From Patescibacteria group bacterium (lineage in GTDB: Bacteria; Patescibacteriota; Minisyncoccia; Phycocordibacterales; SBAW01), in contig JACOWS010000001.1 of the NCBI GenBank assembly GCA_016176685.1, forward strand, positions 78,113 through 142,112: DNA of 64,000 nt. Reading direction: 5' to 3'. Position numbers and translations under genes: made by a program. Of this stretch, positions 1 through 8,607 are shown piece by piece; the stretch's first letter is position 1, and every line of letters starts with the position of its first letter. The notes beneath the pieces were generated by a model that saw only the letters and a list, made by a program, of their open reading frames with translations, made no database searches and was not told the origin of the DNA.

Positions 1-19
1 CGCCTCGCTTCGCTCGGCG
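1..19. repeat. Short GC-rich palindromic (REP-like) motif
   Basis: cgcctcgcttcgctcggcg imperfect hairpin at the window edge. Confidence 0.4.
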
Positions 20-140
20 ACTAATTCGTATTCAACTTTGGGGGTAAAAACGAATTCACGGTTTCGCATTTTGGGGGAAGAAAATTTTTTAATCCAATAC
101 TGAAACTCAGAAAAGGCCCTAAAATAGGGGTTTTTTCTGT

Positions 141-174
141 TTGACTTGACTTCCAAGCCCGTATATGCTATGCT
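141..174 (+). promoter_or_regulatory. Two overlapping sigma70-like promoters offset by 5 nt
   Basis: TTGACT(141-146)-17nt-TATGCT(164-169) and TTGACT(146-151)-17nt-TATGCT(169-174). Confidence 0.6.
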
Positions 175-265
175 GTTTGTGTCATCGGAATTCCAAAAAC
201 CCGCTGATCTCTGCCGTATGAGTGCGGCTGAGAACAGCACATTCCCAAAGGAAGGAGTAACGACC

Positions 266-421
266 ATGAACAAGAAGGGTTTCGTTCTTTTCGGCAAGGC
301 CGTGGCGCTCGTTTGCTCGATGGCTGGCCTCGTATTCACAATTACGGGGCAGTACCACGAGTCCTCGATCGCATGGAACGGTGCGGCGATAGCTCTCTGG
401 GCCGTTTCGTTCGCCGCATAG
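266..421 (+). CDS. 51-aa membrane micro-protein with two hydrophobic segments
   Basis: AAGGAG RBS before ATG 266 (MNKKGFVLFGKAVALV...); upstream promoter and downstream terminator. Confidence 0.6.
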   Translation: MNKKGFVLFGKAVALVCSMAGLVFTITGQYHESSIAWNGAAIALWAVSFAA

Positions 422-445
422 CCTGCGCTTCGCCTCGACCTCATC

Positions 446-487
446 GCCGCGCTATTCTCCGGAGTAGCGCGGCTTTCTATTTTTATT
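446..487 (+). terminator. Rho-independent terminator
   Basis: gccgcgcta...tagcgcggc stem followed by tttctatttttatt. Confidence 0.75.
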
Positions 488-590
488 GAAAAATTATTTG
501 ATTTCATATAAGATTCGGCTGGTATTCGCTTCGAGAATTTTTGGATTGAATGCCGCCAAAGAAAAACTTGAAATTGTCAGCGGTGCGGCT

Positions 591-686
591 CCCCGCCTGC
601 GCCGAGGCTTCGGCGGGCAGGCGCCGCCTTTCCGAATTTTCGCGGGCCTTCGCCTCGCCGAAGCGGCTTCGGCCACGCAGGCGGGG
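591..686. repeat. Pair of GC-rich palindromic REP-like units
   Basis: cctgcgccgaggcttcggcgggcagg (596-621) and cgcctcgccgaagcggcttcggccacgcaggcg; a related unit lies in frame in the Xer gene at about 62495. Confidence 0.6.
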
Positions 687-866
687 GATTTTTTCGGAAA
701 AATGCGTTCGGACTAATTCAAGAATACTGCACCAGTTTGCCAGGGTGGCACATTTTCCAGTCTTAACCAGTCTCGCCCGCATTGTCGGTTTGAGCGGGCT
801 CAAGCGAGCTTGCGCATGTACCACATTGTGATACAATCTGGGCATATTGGATAACCACACGAGTCT

Positions 867-1148
867 ATGATGACCAAGCAGGAAATGGTGCGCGCACGCG
901 TCGAGGCGGCGACGAAGAAGAAAGCTGAGACGATCTTGAAGCGCCTGGGCCTCAGTCACAGCGCGTTCATCAACATGAGCTACCACGCCGTGATCGAGAT
1001 GGGGGGCATTCCCTTTTCGACACGCATTCTGAATGCCGAGACAAAGGCAGCGATCGCGGAAGGCCGTCACGAGCATGAGCGCGGTACGCTCACCTCGTAC
1101 GCGTCAACAGCGAAATTGATCAAAGACGCACTGAGTGAATCTGACTGA
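867..1148 (+). CDS. dinJ: RelB/DinJ family antitoxin
   Basis: RHH-type N-terminus (VRARVE..KKKAETILKRLGLSHSAFI), GGIPF and NAETKAAIAE motifs; directly upstream of a YafQ-like toxin. Confidence 0.88.
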   Translation: MMTKQEMVRARVEAATKKKAETILKRLGLSHSAFINMSYHAVIEMGGIPFSTRILNAETKAAIAEGRHEHERGTLTSYASTAKLIKDALSESD

Positions 1149-1156
1149 CCGGCTCT

Positions 1157-1426
1157 ATGCGCCTTCGCCAGCAGACCAACAAATTCAAGAAGGACCTCAG
1201 GCGCATGGTGCGCCGGGGTGCACGGGTCGACGACCTCGCTGCCGTAATCGATATTCTTGCCGCTGATACGGCCTTGCCCAAGGCGTGCCGCCCACACAAA
1301 TTGGTAGGTGACTATGCCGATCTCTGGGAGTGCCACATCGCGCCTGACTGGCTCCTTATCTATGAATTGCCGGAGGGAGTCGTACTGCTCCATCGCACCG
1401 GTACACATGCCGACCTATTTGACTGA
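1157..1426 (+). CDS. yafQ: YafQ family (RelE superfamily) mRNA interferase toxin
   Basis: FKKDL, H.L.G, ECHIAPDWLLIY and RTGTHADLF signature. Confidence 0.92.
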   Translation: MRLRQQTNKFKKDLRRMVRRGARVDDLAAVIDILAADTALPKACRPHKLVGDYADLWECHIAPDWLLIYELPEGVVLLHRTGTHADLFD

Positions 1427-1610
1427 TAGTCACAATTTCCCCCCCCATCACGATTTTCGACCTGTGTGGTACTGTATCCCTTGATGATCTCCTTCACGAA
1501 CGACTCCAACCGAAATGTTCGATTCTTGTCCCGGGTGGGGGCACCAAGATAGCGAGAATAAATAGACGTTAAGGGGAATAAAAAATTAATCATATAATCT
1601 AAATTATTTT

Positions 1611-2021
1611 ATGGAACAAGAATCACGAATATATAAATTTTTTATGACCTTGCCTTTTTGGTGGATACTGTTAACAGCTATCTATGTTGGTCTAACATTT
1701 TCAGGCTGGTTGTATGCGGCAGCATTACTGGGTCTGTTCGTTCCTATCGGGGTGTGGGATATGCTATTCTTTAGATTCGCAATTTCAGGATACCCCGTCG
1801 GAGGAATTGGCCTATGGGACTTTGCCATTGGTTTTGTGTTAGTCTTGCTGACTATTTTTGGTGGGGAATGGCTTATTCGTAAGATCAAATTATCTCCTGC
1901 CATGAAAATTTTTGTTATTCTTGGCATACTTTTTGCGCTAACTATTGTGGTTGATTTTGTTCTCTGGGGGAACTGGCAGACGCTAGAACTTCTTAAAGTA
2001 GGTGGCGAGATAACGATATAA
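1611..2021 (+). CDS. Hypothetical membrane protein (about 4 TM)
   Basis: 136-aa ORF with several hydrophobic segments. Confidence 0.7.
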   Translation: MEQESRIYKFFMTLPFWWILLTAIYVGLTFSGWLYAAALLGLFVPIGVWDMLFFRFAISGYPVGGIGLWDFAIGFVLVLLTIFGGEWLIRKIKLSPAMKIFVILGILFALTIVVDFVLWGNWQTLELLKVGGEITI

Positions 2022-2035
2022 TTATGCTAAATCTG

Positions 2036-2500
2036 CTATGTTTTGTTCAAATTCTCGTAATAGTTTCTTAGAGCTTCCTCTTGTATTTTATGTAAATGTA
2101 TACTCGGCCTTTTAGATGCAATTAAATCAATTGCTTCCTTTGGTTTATACCCTCTTTGTATCAAATAAGCCGATACCAATGTGGGCGCACGCCCATGACC
2201 GTTTTTGCAATGTACATAGATCTTTCTATTTTGAGATACGAGTTTTTGTATTGACTCCGCGCCGAAAGAAAGTTGGTCTTGAGTGGGAGCCATTTGATCA
2301 ACCACTGGAATCCAAACATATATATCGACGCCAAATGGAACATCGAGACGGTTTTCTTCGAGTGATATATCGGCAGTTATGTTTTCTTTCTTCAACACGT
2401 CGGCAAGACCCATGACACAACACTGATTGGTGCCGATATAGATGCCATCGGTAATGTAACTATATTCCAGTATCGGCGTTTTCGGGTGAGTATGATCCAT
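2036..2500 (-). CDS. Dual-specificity protein phosphatase family
   Basis: VHCKNGHGRAPT CX5R P-loop; IPVVD acid loop. Confidence 0.88.
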   Translation of the reverse strand: MDHTHPKTPILEYSYITDGIYIGTNQCCVMGLADVLKKENITADISLEENRLDVPFGVDIYVWIPVVDQMAPTQDQLSFGAESIQKLVSQNRKIYVHCKNGHGRAPTLVSAYLIQRGYKPKEAIDLIASKRPSIHLHKIQEEALRNYYENLNKT

Positions 2501-2528
2501 ACTAATATTCGATTAAACCGTTTAAATC

Positions 2529-3953
2529 TTACCCAAAAAGCCGAAATAACATGCGCAAAAGTTTTTTTGAACGCGGGTTTAATGCACGCCCTTGGTATGT
2601 TTGAGCGGCCCGCTTATTGATTCTTGCGGCGGTCGGGTACGGATAAATCTTAGCAAATAAATCGGCAAGAGACAGGTGGTGTGTCTGCGCCAATATAAGT
2701 TCCTGTATAAGTTCACCGGCATGTGGAGCAATCATCGTCCCGCCCAATATGTTCCCTTTCTTTGAAACATAAATATTTAACAGGCCATCGCGATAATCGT
2801 CTGTGATGGCGCGATCATCATGAGAGAAATGTTCTGTAACTGTTTCGTACTGGACACCGCGCTCTTTAAGCTCCTCGGTGGAAATGCCGAATGTTGCAAT
2901 TTCCGGGTCGGTGAATGTAACCCAAGACAGGTTGTCGTTAACGAGCTTCTGTTTAAACGGGGAAAACCAATTATGGATGATGGTACTGGCATGAAGTTCG
3001 GCTGCGTGCGTAAATTGATATTGTCCGGCGACATCACCGCACACGACAATATTTTTATTGGTTGTGCGCAGGTACTGGTCGACTTTCAGTTTCTGCCCGC
3101 TTTCCTCAAGTTCGATATGAGCCTTTCCCAGATCAAGGCCTTCAATAGCAAGCTGCCTGCCAATACCTACAAATAATGAGTCCACCGGAAGCGACAGTTC
3201 ACGCCCCAAAACTTCCACGACGAGCTCTCTGCCCTCTCGTATATTTTTTGCCCGAGCATGGAAAAGGATATTCATTCCTTCGCCCACCAGTCGCTTATAC
3301 AAAATATCGGTAATATCTTTATCCTCTTTTGGAAGAAATTTTTCTCCTTGTTCAAGAATGGTAACCTGTGAACCCAGGCGTTGAAACGCTTGTCCGAGCT
3401 CTATACCGATAGGGCCCCCGCCTATGACGACAAGATTTTTAGGAAGAAAATCTATGTTGAAGATATTTTCATTGTTAAAGACCCGCGTATGCTCTATTCC
3501 CGGCAATGATATAGCGCGTGGTCGCGACCCCGTTGCCAACACAATACGCTTGCCTTCATACGCCACGCCTCCGACCATAACCTTATTTTGACTAATAAAT
3601 TTAGCTTCCCCCAGAACGACCGACATACCGCTTTTCCGAAACCAATCGGCATTTTCATGCTCGCGGATGATATCCTGCCTACTTTTCACATACGCCATAA
3701 CCGCCCGCATGTCCACCGTACCGGTATGGGTAATCCCAAATTTTTTAATGGTATGTCCCGCATGTACCGCGCGAGCGACATGAATAAGCGCTTTGCTTGG
3801 TACACAACCAAAATTCAAACAATCGCCGCCGATGCTCTTATCACTTTTATCAATGAGCAGGGTTGACAATCCTATGCGGTTTGCAAAAGCGGCGATATTC
3901 AACCCTCCGGAACCGGCGCCGATGACCATAACATCAAATATTTTATTTTTCAT
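2529..3953 (-). CDS. Class I pyridine nucleotide-disulfide oxidoreductase (MerA/Lpd-like, no C-terminal Cys pair)
   Basis: GAGSGG, GGDCLNFGCVPSK redox disulfide, GGGPIG; YPYPT instead of the Lpd HPT motif. Confidence 0.88.
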   Translation of the reverse strand: MKNKIFDVMVIGAGSGGLNIAAFANRIGLSTLLIDKSDKSIGGDCLNFGCVPSKALIHVARAVHAGHTIKKFGITHTGTVDMRAVMAYVKSRQDIIREHENADWFRKSGMSVVLGEAKFISQNKVMVGGVAYEGKRIVLATGSRPRAISLPGIEHTRVFNNENIFNIDFLPKNLVVIGGGPIGIELGQAFQRLGSQVTILEQGEKFLPKEDKDITDILYKRLVGEGMNILFHARAKNIREGRELVVEVLGRELSLPVDSLFVGIGRQLAIEGLDLGKAHIELEESGQKLKVDQYLRTTNKNIVVCGDVAGQYQFTHAAELHASTIIHNWFSPFKQKLVNDNLSWVTFTDPEIATFGISTEELKERGVQYETVTEHFSHDDRAITDDYRDGLLNIYVSKKGNILGGTMIAPHAGELIQELILAQTHHLSLADLFAKIYPYPTAARINKRAAQTYQGRALNPRSKKLLRMLFRLFG

Positions 3954-3957
3954 GTTT

Positions 3958-4605
3958 TTACCTTGATGCTATCCTCGTACTTACATACCAGCTTATAAAA
4001 ATTACGGCTGCGGCAAGAAAAACCAGCGGTTGCAACCACACAGGCAGTGTTCCCGCGTACGCAAATACAAAGGCAAATGGCGTGACCCCGATTACCGTAG
4101 CAAAAAAATATGAACGACTCCCTATATTAGAAAAAAGGCCAATGGCATATGACAATATATCAACCGGTATGAGCATCCTAAGAAAAACAATCGTCCAAAA
4201 CATGTTTTGTGTTGAGAATCGTTCCTCAAATCTGTTTAGCTTATCAATGGAAACAAGTTTTTCCACCAGTGGTTTGCCAAAATATCGCGCAATATGAAGA
4301 GCTATTTGAGCGCCGATTGACCAGCCGATAATAGAAAGTATGGCGGCCGCAACCCACCCCCATAGACCAGCGGCCACGGGGATAAGCGGGATGGTTGAAA
4401 TTGGCGCGACCACTACCGCAAGTATGGTGATAAAAACATAGGCTGCCATGCCAAATGCCCCGCCGCGTTCCGCAAGCATGTTTATTTCACTCGCATATAT
4501 TGTTGCCATAAATGATAAAAAAACAAAAAGGGCGAGCACGAGCGCCAGGCTAAATACTGATGCAACGGCATTTTTATTAAAAATATGATTGGCGCTTTTC
4601 TCCAT
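3958..4605 (-). CDS. TVP38/TMEM64 (DedA/VTT) membrane protein
   Basis: PISTIP..AAG..WG, LRMLIPVDILSY and TVIGVTP motifs; ATG 4605 chosen as start. Confidence 0.85.
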   Translation of the reverse strand: MEKSANHIFNKNAVASVFSLALVLALFVFLSFMATIYASEINMLAERGGAFGMAAYVFITILAVVVAPISTIPLIPVAAGLWGWVAAAILSIIGWSIGAQIALHIARYFGKPLVEKLVSIDKLNRFEERFSTQNMFWTIVFLRMLIPVDILSYAIGLFSNIGSRSYFFATVIGVTPFAFVFAYAGTLPVWLQPLVFLAAAVIFISWYVSTRIASR

Positions 4606-4609
4606 ATAT

Positions 4610-5545
4610 TTATTCAACAATCACATCTATTTTGCTTCCAAAAACTTTTGAAGCTTTTTCCGTATAGAGCGCTATATTATCTTTAAAATACGGCGGGTGC
4701 TGTTTTTGAATTTGTGCGACAATATAATAACCAATGGCCATCATAGCGGCGTACCCGGCATCTTTTGGAAGCGGTATAGAAAGTCTCCTATCTGGCTCGC
4801 CCCACATAGTATTTTCCTCGCCAAAGCTCACAAAAAGCTCGTTCGAAGGCACTACGGTTACCGCATGTTTCATATATTCGCTGGTTTCCACATCGCGAGC
4901 AATCTTTCTTCCGAAAAGCTCAATGAACTTTACTTCAAGCATTCGTACAATACCTGAAAACCTTGGAGGAACGATGAAAAAATAGGAATCATACTGCGAA
5001 AAGTCTGGGAAGATAATGGTGTCTATCTGTTCTTTAATAAATTCCTGTATTTTCTCCGGGTCTTCGTTCGTTTTCCCTAAAATCATTCCCAAATAGGTAG
5101 AGGTATTATAGGTATACGGCTCGCGATTTTTTGGAAATATAAATATATCGCCAGACTCGACAAATTCTTTTACGGGCGCATCAGAATTGTTGGTAATGAG
5201 AGTAACTTTCTTGCCGAGCTCTTTCGCCCGCTTTGCTATAATCGGCGCGTGTTTCCCGCCGGACGCGGAGATAAGAATTACACCGTCAATATCGGGGATG
5301 TACTTTAGTTTACTTTCAAAATTACTCTCTGAAGCGAAGACTGCGTCTGTGTCTTCAAAAATAATTCTCCCGGTTGCTTCAGCATTACCAGACCCGACCA
5401 CGAGCGGGCGTTTATACTTTAAAATATCTAATTTCGGCAATGCTTGTTTTTGAAAAAGTTCAAGTGCGCCCAAGACCGCCACATCCAAGTCGGGAATGGT
5501 GTTTAAAGTAAATGTATTAAGAATATCAATGTTTTTATGATTCAT
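4610..5545 (-). CDS. SIS-domain sugar isomerase-like protein
   Basis: VVGSGNA, ISASGG and LITNN SIS-like motifs; follows the zwf-gnd fusion. Confidence 0.6.
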   Translation of the reverse strand: MNHKNIDILNTFTLNTIPDLDVAVLGALELFQKQALPKLDILKYKRPLVVGSGNAEATGRIIFEDTDAVFASESNFESKLKYIPDIDGVILISASGGKHAPIIAKRAKELGKKVTLITNNSDAPVKEFVESGDIFIFPKNREPYTYNTSTYLGMILGKTNEDPEKIQEFIKEQIDTIIFPDFSQYDSYFFIVPPRFSGIVRMLEVKFIELFGRKIARDVETSEYMKHAVTVVPSNELFVSFGEENTMWGEPDRRLSIPLPKDAGYAAMMAIGYYIVAQIQKQHPPYFKDNIALYTEKASKVFGSKIDVIVE

Positions 5546-5556
5546 AATTTTAAGTA

Positions 5557-7956
5557 CTATATTTTATGTCCGCCAAAAACAGCGCGAAGCATGGAAAGAA
5601 TTTTTCCCGTAAATGTCGGGTTCTTTTTTGAGCGTACACGGAAGAGATACGAATCTTTTATGACAGGAGCAGAAACGTCGAGCTCTTTTGCAGTCTGTAC
5701 CGTCCATTCTCCCTCGCCGGTATGAGCCACGGTACTGGATGCTTTTTTCAAGTCATCGCCATACTCTTTAAACCCCTCTTCCAGCCACCCGGTAAGTCGT
5801 GAGGTAATAATGCTGTTTTGATTGTACACATTGGCAACCTCTCGCAGACGAAACTTAAACGGCGCTTTTTGAAGTATTGCAAACCCTTCCGAGAGCGCCT
5901 GCATCATCCCATACTCAATGCCGTTATGAACCATTTTTGCGAAGTGTCCCGCTCCAGCCGCTCCCATATGTCCAGAAGTCGTATCAGACATCGCGTCAAA
6001 AATTGATTTACTGTTCTCATATATTTTTTTATCTCCCCCCACCATAATGGCAAATTTTCCAAGGGCGATAGAGACTGGTCCGCCGGAGACGCCCACATCG
6101 AGAAAATGGATTCCTTTTGCTTTCAATCGCTTTCCTCGACGAACAGAGTCTTTATAGAAAGAATTACCACCGTCAATTACGGTGTCGTCTCTTTTGAGTA
6201 ATTGTGAAAGGCCATTTTGCTTCATCCCGGGCGAAGTCGATTGACCAAAGAGTATCTCGTCCACCGGTTTCCCGGCCGGGACCATAAGCCATATGGTTCG
6301 CGGAGGGGAAAGTTTTTCCACAAATTCCGAAAGAGAATATGCGCCGACCACGCCTTCTTTCTCAAGCTCTTTTGTGGCTTCAGGCGGCGTGTTGAATCCA
6401 ACAACCCTCCATTTTTTTATACTTAGGCGTCTTGCAAGATTGGCACCCATTTTCCCTAAACCGATAATGCCAATCTCTCCGATGTGGTTGCCTACTTCTT
6501 TATCTGCACTGTCTGACAATTCTCTCGTGAAAGACGGGCCGGGGGTACTGTCGGGTTTATATTCGGTCAAAGGCACGAGATTTTGCCTCCATCCCTCTAC
6601 TACCGGATCGGTAAATTTCCAAGATACCAGCACCTCATCGGAAGAGATAAACAAGGTTTGGTCACCTCCCATGGCAGTATTGATAATTTTTGAATACTCT
6701 TCTATATACTGAACTTTTGTCTCTTTTTCATACAAAAAGAAAGAGAAAACGCGTTCTTCTATGGCTTTTTCAAAACCTGGTTTTTTTGTCCAAAAATGTA
6801 TGATGACTTCATCGTTTGGTTCAAGACGAAACACAATTCTGTTTGGAGCATGCGGCCTTTGTGCACACAGAAGACATATTTTTGGGTGCCTAAGCGTCAA
6901 TACTATTTCTTTACGGGCTTCTCCCATGCGCTTCCCAGCTTCCATATATATGGGAATCCCGCTCCAACGAGGATGCAGGAGCTCTGTTTTTAGAGCGAAG
7001 TATGTTTCCGTCTCCGAATTTTGAGCTACCCCCTTTATATCTTTGTAGTTACGGTACTGTGATCTGAAAGTTTCTTTCCGCAGGGTTTCCTCTGTCCACG
7101 GTTTAAGCGTTTCCAAAATAGTTGCTCTGTTTTTCCGTATCCCGCCAGCATTCATATCGGCAGGGTACTCCATAGTAATCGCGGCCAGCATGGTAAGAAT
7201 ATGGTTTTGTCCGACATCACGAAGCGCTCCGACTGAATCATAAAAACCTCCTCTGTCTTCTACCCCAATAGATTCAAGCAGGCGGATATCAATCCGCTCA
7301 ATCATGGTGTTGTCCCAAGCATTCTCAAAAAGATTATTTGAGAAACGAAAGTTTTCTATTCCCTGAATAATTTCCTTGTATAAGTAATGGTCGATTCTAT
7401 ACATTTGCTCTTCTTTGAAATAAGTGGAGAGGAGCGATTGCAGTTTTTTGGCGCTTGACAGATCCGTCCCGAATGGTTTTTCAATCAAAATACGGCTCCA
7501 CCCCATATCTCCTCCGCAGGGCAAGTTAAGTTTTGCTAGAGCGAGATTTTTGAAGATTCGCTCATACGAAGACGGCGGTACGGCAAGATAAAAAAGTTTA
7601 TTGGCGCATATACCCCAACCGTTTTCTATCTCTGCAATGCGGTCTGATAAAGATTGAAACGCTCCCACGTCCTCGAATGTTCCTGCGTGATAGGTGAAGA
7701 GTTCAAAGAAACGGTCAATCTTTTTATCTTCTATTTTTGAATCTGCATGTTTTTTTACCGCTTGGAGAATCAGATTTTTAAACTCTTTATCCGAAAACTC
7801 TCTTCGTGAAAACCCTATGACAGACAAGCGTTCCGGCAAGCGACCATGCTGAAATAGGTGCCAAAGGGACGGTATAATCTTTTTGGCGGCCAAATCTCCC
7901 GTTACACCAAAAATAGTGAAGATGGAAGGCGTATTTTTTATGTTTTCACTACTCAT
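5557..7956 (-). CDS. zwf-gnd: Fused glucose-6-phosphate dehydrogenase + 6-phosphogluconate dehydrogenase (short decarboxylating type)
   Basis: N-part: GVTGDLA, EKPFG, RIDHYLYKE, RDVGQNH; C-part: GLGKMG, DGGNS, GVSGG, KMVHNGIEYGMMQ, FGGH; one uninterrupted ORF. Confidence 0.92.
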   Translation of the reverse strand: MSSENIKNTPSIFTIFGVTGDLAAKKIIPSLWHLFQHGRLPERLSVIGFSRREFSDKEFKNLILQAVKKHADSKIEDKKIDRFFELFTYHAGTFEDVGAFQSLSDRIAEIENGWGICANKLFYLAVPPSSYERIFKNLALAKLNLPCGGDMGWSRILIEKPFGTDLSSAKKLQSLLSTYFKEEQMYRIDHYLYKEIIQGIENFRFSNNLFENAWDNTMIERIDIRLLESIGVEDRGGFYDSVGALRDVGQNHILTMLAAITMEYPADMNAGGIRKNRATILETLKPWTEETLRKETFRSQYRNYKDIKGVAQNSETETYFALKTELLHPRWSGIPIYMEAGKRMGEARKEIVLTLRHPKICLLCAQRPHAPNRIVFRLEPNDEVIIHFWTKKPGFEKAIEERVFSFFLYEKETKVQYIEEYSKIINTAMGGDQTLFISSDEVLVSWKFTDPVVEGWRQNLVPLTEYKPDSTPGPSFTRELSDSADKEVGNHIGEIGIIGLGKMGANLARRLSIKKWRVVGFNTPPEATKELEKEGVVGAYSLSEFVEKLSPPRTIWLMVPAGKPVDEILFGQSTSPGMKQNGLSQLLKRDDTVIDGGNSFYKDSVRRGKRLKAKGIHFLDVGVSGGPVSIALGKFAIMVGGDKKIYENSKSIFDAMSDTTSGHMGAAGAGHFAKMVHNGIEYGMMQALSEGFAILQKAPFKFRLREVANVYNQNSIITSRLTGWLEEGFKEYGDDLKKASSTVAHTGEGEWTVQTAKELDVSAPVIKDSYLFRVRSKKNPTFTGKILSMLRAVFGGHKI

Positions 7957-7972
7957 TGTCTTTATGTTGCCA

Positions 7973-8188
7973 TTATGCAAGCAACCCCATAACCTGAAAG
8001 ATATACCCGACAATGATTAACATGATACCCGCAATCCCCATGATTCGCTCCGTCCCCATTTCTTTTACGACACGAGAATCAATCGCGTGCTCTTTACGCG
8101 CACGATCGTGCACCTGAAGAACGGTATAGGCAATCAGAACGGTTCCGATGACATCAAGAGTAATTCCGATAATTAAGAAGGCTGTCAT
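7973..8188 (-). CDS. Small 2-TM membrane protein
   Basis: 71-aa ORF overlapping its upstream neighbour by 4 nt. Confidence 0.7.
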   Translation of the reverse strand: MTAFLIIGITLDVIGTVLIAYTVLQVHDRARKEHAIDSRVVKEMGTERIMGIAGIMLIIVGYIFQVMGLLA

Positions 8189-8607
8189 ACAAATATTTTT
8201 TTAGTAAGATACATTGAAAGAGGCAGTAAGAAAGTCATTTGAAGAATCGGGGTAAGGCCGACCTTTAGATACGGAATAATCGGCATACCCTCCGCATAAG
8301 CCCATCGCTCGAACAGCAAGGCGCGCCATTCAATCCCTACGGCTATTAAGAATCCAATGACGGCAAAAACGGCAAAATCTTTTTTGTTTAGCGTAGAAAT
8401 CCAATTACGGTCATTTTTTAATAACGCGACAATAAAATAAACAAATAAGGTAACGGCGACATCGCCTATGGTGCCAACTACACATATCGGGAAATGCAAA
8501 GAAAAAGATGCATACCCTTGGTACAAAGGCGCTTGCATATTCTCCCAGACGACATGCAGAACAAACGCAATAAGAGATAAAAAAATAATTTGTTTTCCTA
8601 CTTTCAT
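8185..8607 (-). CDS. Membrane protein (4 TM) coupled to merA
   Basis: Hydrophobic; ATGA overlap with the merA stop; HVVWE..Q motif. Confidence 0.75.
   Translation of the reverse strand: MKVGKQIIFLSLIAFVLHVVWENMQAPLYQGYASFSLHFPICVVGTIGDVAVTLFVYFIVALLKNDRNWISTLNKKDFAVFAVIGFLIAVGIEWRALLFERWAYAEGMPIIPYLKVGLTPILQMTFLLPLSMYLTKKIFV

Noticed and set aside
486-1076. ORFs 486-716, 494-676, 504-1076 and 550-831
   Set aside because: They run through GC-rich palindromic repeats or antisense to dinJ; no credible full-length product.
2529-3953. Second mercuric reductase or dihydrolipoamide dehydrogenase
   Set aside because: Lacks both the MerA C-terminal Cys pair and the Lpd His-x4-Glu dyad; left as an unassigned family member.
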